Shown: piece after piece, positions 61,780-64,000 of the stretch
Layout: the number at the start of each line of letters is the position of its first letter
How positions within the stretch are numbered: position 1 is the stretch's first letter
Assembly: GCA_951406725.2 (NCBI GenBank)
Contig: OX597842.1
Span: 20,026,001-20,090,000 of the forward strand
DNA from: Octopus vulgaris
Lineage: Eukaryota
Length of the DNA: 64,000 nt
Direction of reading: 5' to 3'
Made by a program: the position numbers and the translations under genes
Notes under the pieces: model-generated
What the model was told of the DNA's origin: nothing
The model's input: the letters and a program-made list of their open reading frames with translations, nothing else
Database searches by the model: none

Positions 61780-62180
61780 AAAGCCTTGTGAGTGGATTTG
61801 GTAGACGGAAACTGAAAGAAGCCCGTCGTATATATGATTATATATATGTGTGTCTGTTTGTCCCCCTAGCATTGCTTGACAACCGATGCTGGGGTGTCTA
61901 CGTCCCCGTTACTTAGCGGTTCAGCAAGAGAACCAATTTGGTAGATGGAAACTGAAAGAAGCCCGTCGTATATATGTGTGTGTTTGTGTGGCTGTTTGTC
62001 CTCCAAACATCGCTTGACAACCGTTGCTGGTTTGTCTACATCCCCGTTACTTAGTGGTTCGGCAAAAGAGAACTCATAGAATAAGTACAAAGAATAAATC
62101 CTGGGGTTGATTTGCTCGACTAAAGGCGGTGCTCCAGCATGGCCACAGTCAAATGACTGAAACAAGTAAAAAGAGAAAGA
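61780..62180 (+). mobile_element. OK-like SINE (partly duplicated), positional paralog of 5444-5840
   Basis: Followed by the same flank (aatataacc...ccttggtattgac) as at 5840. Confidence 0.75.
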
Positions 62181-62809
62181 TAATATAACCTCCACACACA
62201 CACACCTTGGTATTGACCCCCTCATCCTTTGCCCTTGTGGCAAATAAAAGAAACCCTTATATACAACTATCAACTGAGTCCATTGTGAAGATGGCCCCTC
62301 TACTTTCCTTCAACCAGGAAGGGCAACCAGTTTTTATCTGCTCAGGGCCCATGGCAAAAGGGATCATATAGTGGACATGTCTGAAAGGGCTGAAGACCAG
62401 CAACTGCCATTTTGTCAAAACCCTAATAAACTTTATCAGGTTTCACTTGAAGAGGAAAATCAGGGTGGAGAGGTAAGTGCTGGCTTCCAAGCAGTTTGTT
62501 GAAAGGTGGGTGAGAGAGGTGAGCATTACCTGAGTGAATGGGCCTTCTCTTAGAGTGTACCTGTATATTGGAGAGGAAAGACTGGGAGAGGGTATCCACC
62601 CTGGTGGTCAGGGAGACCTTGGATTTACTGGGCTTTCGTAACGCGTAGCCCTTGAAAGTCCCCCCACTATCAGGGATCTTACTTTGAATTTCTTTTATTC
62701 TTTGTATGACTTTTTACATGCTAAAACCCACACTGGACCCTCCCGAATGTTTTGCTTTGTGTTAGCCCTCTGTGGTCAATAAAGAAATTATTATAAATCA
62801 TTTCCTTAC

Positions 62810-63058
62810 TCTTTATCTCCAAATTAATGTCTGCAGCTTTAAGGTTGTCATCATTAAATCTCCAAGTCAAACAATTCTCAGTTACGTTTCTGATCCAAAG
62901 CGTGGAGGTATCTCCACTATGTGTTACTTTATAGTCAGTGCCGTTAACGCATGTTCTGTCACATTCATATTTATAATTGTGGCACTTCCAAACCACCGGT
63001 CGTATCATGTTCGGTATTGTTATCGAAAGGGTGACGTTTCCATTGAGCACAGCAATTC
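62810..63058 (-). CDS. Internal coding exon (copy C) encoding an Ig-like domain
   Basis: Same splice sites, 249 nt, open: IAVLNGNVTLSITIPNMIRPVVWKCHNYKYECDRTCVNGTDYKVTHSGDTSTLWIRNVTENCLTWRFNDDNLKAADINLEIK. Confidence 0.72.
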
Positions 63059-63499
63059 CTGAAATAAAGAAATCAGTTAAGAAGTTTGCTTCCAAATCAT
63101 ACGGTCCTGGGTTCAGTCCCACTACACAGCACCTTGGGAAAGTGTCTTCTACTACAGCATCAACCTTGTGAGTGGATTTTCTAGATGGAAATTGAAAGAA
63201 GCCCATTGTATGTATATGTGTGTGTGTGTATGTGTGAGTGTGTGCGTGTGTATGTATGACTGGCAGTGTGAAGCGGCTGACCTCCCTTGTTCGAAGGTTA
63301 TAATGGACACAGTTTGTGTGTCAAATAGCTAGCTTGAGGCGATGGCCTCTTGGAACTAATCATCGACAGCTTTAGTCTTATATCTATAGGACTGCCATAT
63401 TAATATGGCGATAACAATTAATTTCCAGTAACGCTGCCGTAATCTCTTTTAGAGAGACTTAGTAATTTTAATATTTCTATATATATATATATATATATA

Positions 63500-64000
63500 T
63501 AAGAGCAACTTACCAAGGAATGTTATGCCGAGTCTTGCAGGGAAACGGAGCTACAGATAAATTTGAAGTAAAAACAGGAGTTCGACAGGGCTGTATCCTT
63601 ACTCCCTTTTTATTTCTATTAGTTATAGATTGGATTATGAAGGAAACTACGATTGAAAGCCAAACAAGCATTGAATGGACGGATGTGGAAGCTGTAGAAG
63701 ATCTCGACTTTGCAGATGATATAGCGCTGCTTTCATAAACATAGCCAAATGCAAAATAAAATATCAAAATTAGAAGCAATAGCTGCCAAAGTAGGATTGA
63801 AAGTCAACCTCAAATCAATAATTATGCACGTTAATGAAGTAAACATTGAATGTATTCAACTAGAAACTGGTGAACTGAAGGATGTAGCCGAGTTTATGTA
63901 TTCAGGTAGTAAGATAACGTTTTCAGGTGGCACCGACGAAGATATTAAGGTGAGAATAAGTAAGGCAAGGACCGTTTTCACCTGTTAAAGAAAGTATGGA
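63500..64000 (+). mobile_element. RTE LINE remnant (third paralog; runs off the window)
   Basis: FEVKTGVRQGCILTPFLFLLVIDWIM...DLDFADDIALLS. Confidence 0.85.

Overview
Repeat-rich eukaryotic DNA, most likely from an octopus or another coleoid cephalopod. This is inferred from the CDICGKSF-type C2H2 arrays, tRNA-derived SINEs resembling the octopus OK/OR families, and abundant (TA)n. Genes: (1) a divergent replication-type histone pair, H2B (-) and H2A (+), both with 3' stem-loops; a 1.7-kb 5'-truncated Tx1/L1-clade retrotransposon sits between the H2B TATA box and its ATG. (2) Two tandem-duplicated C2H2 zinc-finger genes, one with 8 fingers and one frameshifted with about 26-27. (3) An apparently unannotated multi-exon family that the ORF track does not resolve, predicted to encode small type-I membrane proteins. 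It comprises a signal-peptide exon (10797-10842), three paralogous 249-nt phase-1/1 Ig-like exons (44-292, 6471-6719, 62810-63058) and a stalk/TM/short-tail exon (61443-61576), all on the minus strand. The remainder is nested mobile DNA: RTE, CR1 and Tx1 fragments, piggyBac, hAT and Tc1-mariner remnants, Merlin-like foldback elements with ~147-bp terminal arrays, Helitron-type elements, Penelope-like palindromes with hammerhead-like motifs, two tandem arrays of SINE heads and a GGAAT minisatellite. All calls were made by eye, and repeat boundaries are approximate unless a TSD or terminus is quoted.
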